Shown in pieces: positions 60,966-64,000 of a stretch of 64,000 nucleotides of DNA. Origin of the DNA: an uncultured Chloroflexia bacterium (GTDB lineage Bacteria; Chloroflexota; Limnocylindria; Limnocylindrales; CSP1-4). How positions within the stretch are numbered: the first letter of the stretch is position 1; each line of letters begins with the position of its first letter. The notes under the pieces were generated by a model. That model searched no databases, was not told the origin of the DNA, and worked only from the letters and a program-made list of their open reading frames with translations. Where the stretch lies: NCBI GenBank assembly GCA_963754485.1, contig CAVWFY010000018.1, forward strand, positions 77,469 through 141,468, given 5' to 3'. The position numbers and the translations under genes were made by a program.

Positions 60966-61044
60966 CGGCCGGTGCCCGCTTCGCGCGGGTGACCGGCCCG
61001 AGCCGATCGACGACCCCTCCCCGCAGCCCACAGGACGCAACGCC

Positions 61045-62744
<1,700 letters not shown>

Positions 62745-62748
<4 letters not shown>

Positions 62749-63276
62749 CCGAGCCGGGCCGCCCCGATCCCATCCGGCTCGACCGCTGGACGGTGACCTC
62801 CGGCTCCAACGTCGTGAGCCGGGCCGCCGTCGTCCTGCACGCGGGCTCGCGGGACTGGCAGGCCTCGGCCGAGGGGACGGGGGCGGTCGATGCCCTGTTC
62901 CGGGCCGTGGACACCGCACTCGCCGCCGTCCTGGGCGGGAGCCCGGTGCTCCTCGCCTATGACGTCCATGCGCTCGCCGAAGGCCCGGCCGCCGAGGGCC
63001 GTGTCAGCGTGCAGGATCGGGCCCCCGGTGGGCGCCGTGGGCGATCGCTCCGGCGGCCGGTTCGGCGGCGAGGTCGCGTCCGCCAACACGATCGCGGCGT
63101 CGGTCGAGGCCTACGTTGCGGCGCTCAACGCGATGCTGGGGGCCGACGCGTGGTCTGGGGCGGCCGAAGCTGCCGCGTCCGCGCTGGGCCGGACGCCGGG
63201 TGGGGAGGCCACGGCCACGGCCGAATTCGACGACGAGGCCAGGCCCATCGACACGACCGAGTGGTTCAACCGGTAG
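62745..63276 (+). pseudogene. stand-alone LeuA-type regulatory (dimerisation/allosteric) domain protein, frameshifted near 63011-63030
   Basis: It overlaps cimA as GTGA and follows GGAGGGAGG. RLDRWTVTSGSNVVSRAAVVL...AEGTGAVDALFRAVD...LLAYDVHALAEGPAAEGRVSVQ continues in another frame as ...GGEVASANTIAASVEAYVAALNAML, ending at TAG 63274-63276. Confidence 0.65.
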
Positions 63277-63290
63277 GGGGCGGCGGCGCG

Positions 63291-64000
63291 TTGTCGTCCC
63301 CGTCCCTCGACGCCCCCGCTCCGACGCTTGCGCTCGCCCCGGTCCTCGCGCCCGTCGTCGCGCCCGCCATCGACGCCGAGGCCTTCAACCGGTTCGAGGC
63401 CGCCGGTTGGGAGGAGCGCGCGGGCTCGTACGGCTTCCTCTCGCCGATGACCCGGCGGGTGGGCGGCACGGTCCTGGCCCTCGCCGAGGTCGCGGCCGGC
63501 CGGCAGGTGCTGGACGTGGGCTCGGGGCCGGGGGAGCTGGCCGCGTCCGCGGCAGCACTCGGTGCCGACACGGTGGGCATCGACGTCGCGCCCTCGATGG
63601 TTCGCCGGGCGGCGCTCGCGAACCCGTCGATCCCGTTCCGCGTCGGCTCGTTCGAGGCGATCCCGGCGGGGGAGGGGACCTTCGACGCGGTGGTCGGGAA
63701 CTTCGTGCTCAACCACGTGGGGCGGCCCGAGGTCGCGCTCGCCGAGGCGTGCAGGGTCCTGCGCCCGGGCGGGTGGCTCGCCCTCTCGTCCTGGGATGCA
63801 CCGAGCCGGAACCGGCTGTTGGGGCTCATCGTGGACGCCGCAGCCGCGGCCGATGCGCCGCCGCCGCCCGGACTGCCGCAGGGGCCTGTCAACTTCCGGA
63901 CCGACGAGGAGCTGCGGGCCATGTTCGAGGGTGCCGGCTTCGTGGACGTGGGGATCAGCCACATCATGTTCGAGGCGGCCGTGCGTGACACGGAGACGCT
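63291..64000 (+). CDS. class I SAM-dependent methyltransferase (3' end lies outside the window)
   Basis: I translated this by hand in frame 0; it is absent from the track because there is no stop before the window end. It has motif I (VLDVGSGPGELA) and post-I/II (FDAVVGNFVLNHV...VLRPGGWLAL). A TTG 63291 start is tentative. Confidence 0.7.
   Translation, partial: MSSPSLDAPAPTLALAPVLAPVVAPAIDAEAFNRFEAAGWEERAGSYGFLSPMTRRVGGTVLALAEVAAGRQVLDVGSGPGELAASAAALGADTVGIDVAPSMVRRAALANPSIPFRVGSFEAIPAGEGTFDAVVGNFVLNHVGRPEVALAEACRVLRPGGWLALSSWDAPSRNRLLGLIVDAAAAADAPPPPGLPQGPVNFRTDEELRAMFEGAGFVDVGISHIMFEAAVRDTET

Overview
This is a roughly 70% GC, densely coding chromosomal segment. It looks actinobacterial: many GTG starts, ATGA/GTGA overlaps between adjacent genes, apparently leaderless promoters, KorAB, an F420-type LLM oxidoreductase and a MarP-like CvpA-protease. 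Most of the content is core metabolism. That includes ferrochelatase, the korAB 2-oxoacid:ferredoxin oxidoreductase flanked by CBS proteins, a dapB-dapA-dapD-lysA lysine operon, and fabD plus two tandem KAS genes. It also includes ilvD, leuCD and an ilvB-ilvN-ilvC-leuA-leuB-cimA super-operon. Sensory and accessory content includes a receiver-GAF-histidine kinase set and an MFS-cNMP transporter divergent from a Crp-GAF-subtilase operon. There is also a CopA ATPase with a C-terminal cupredoxin, a sulfatase/HAD/radical-SAM maturase trio, two AbrB-type toxin-antitoxin pairs, and a small acidic protein built from perfect 99-bp tandem repeats. I found no rRNA, tRNA, CRISPR array, transposase or integrase. 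The most pervasive oddity is about 30 hand-counted single-base frame breaks inside otherwise well conserved genes. They are concentrated at 40.5-53.2 kb and include leuC and leuD. I call these genes pseudogenes, but sequencing or assembly indels must be excluded first. All family assignments rest on motif recognition in the supplied translations; no database searches were run.
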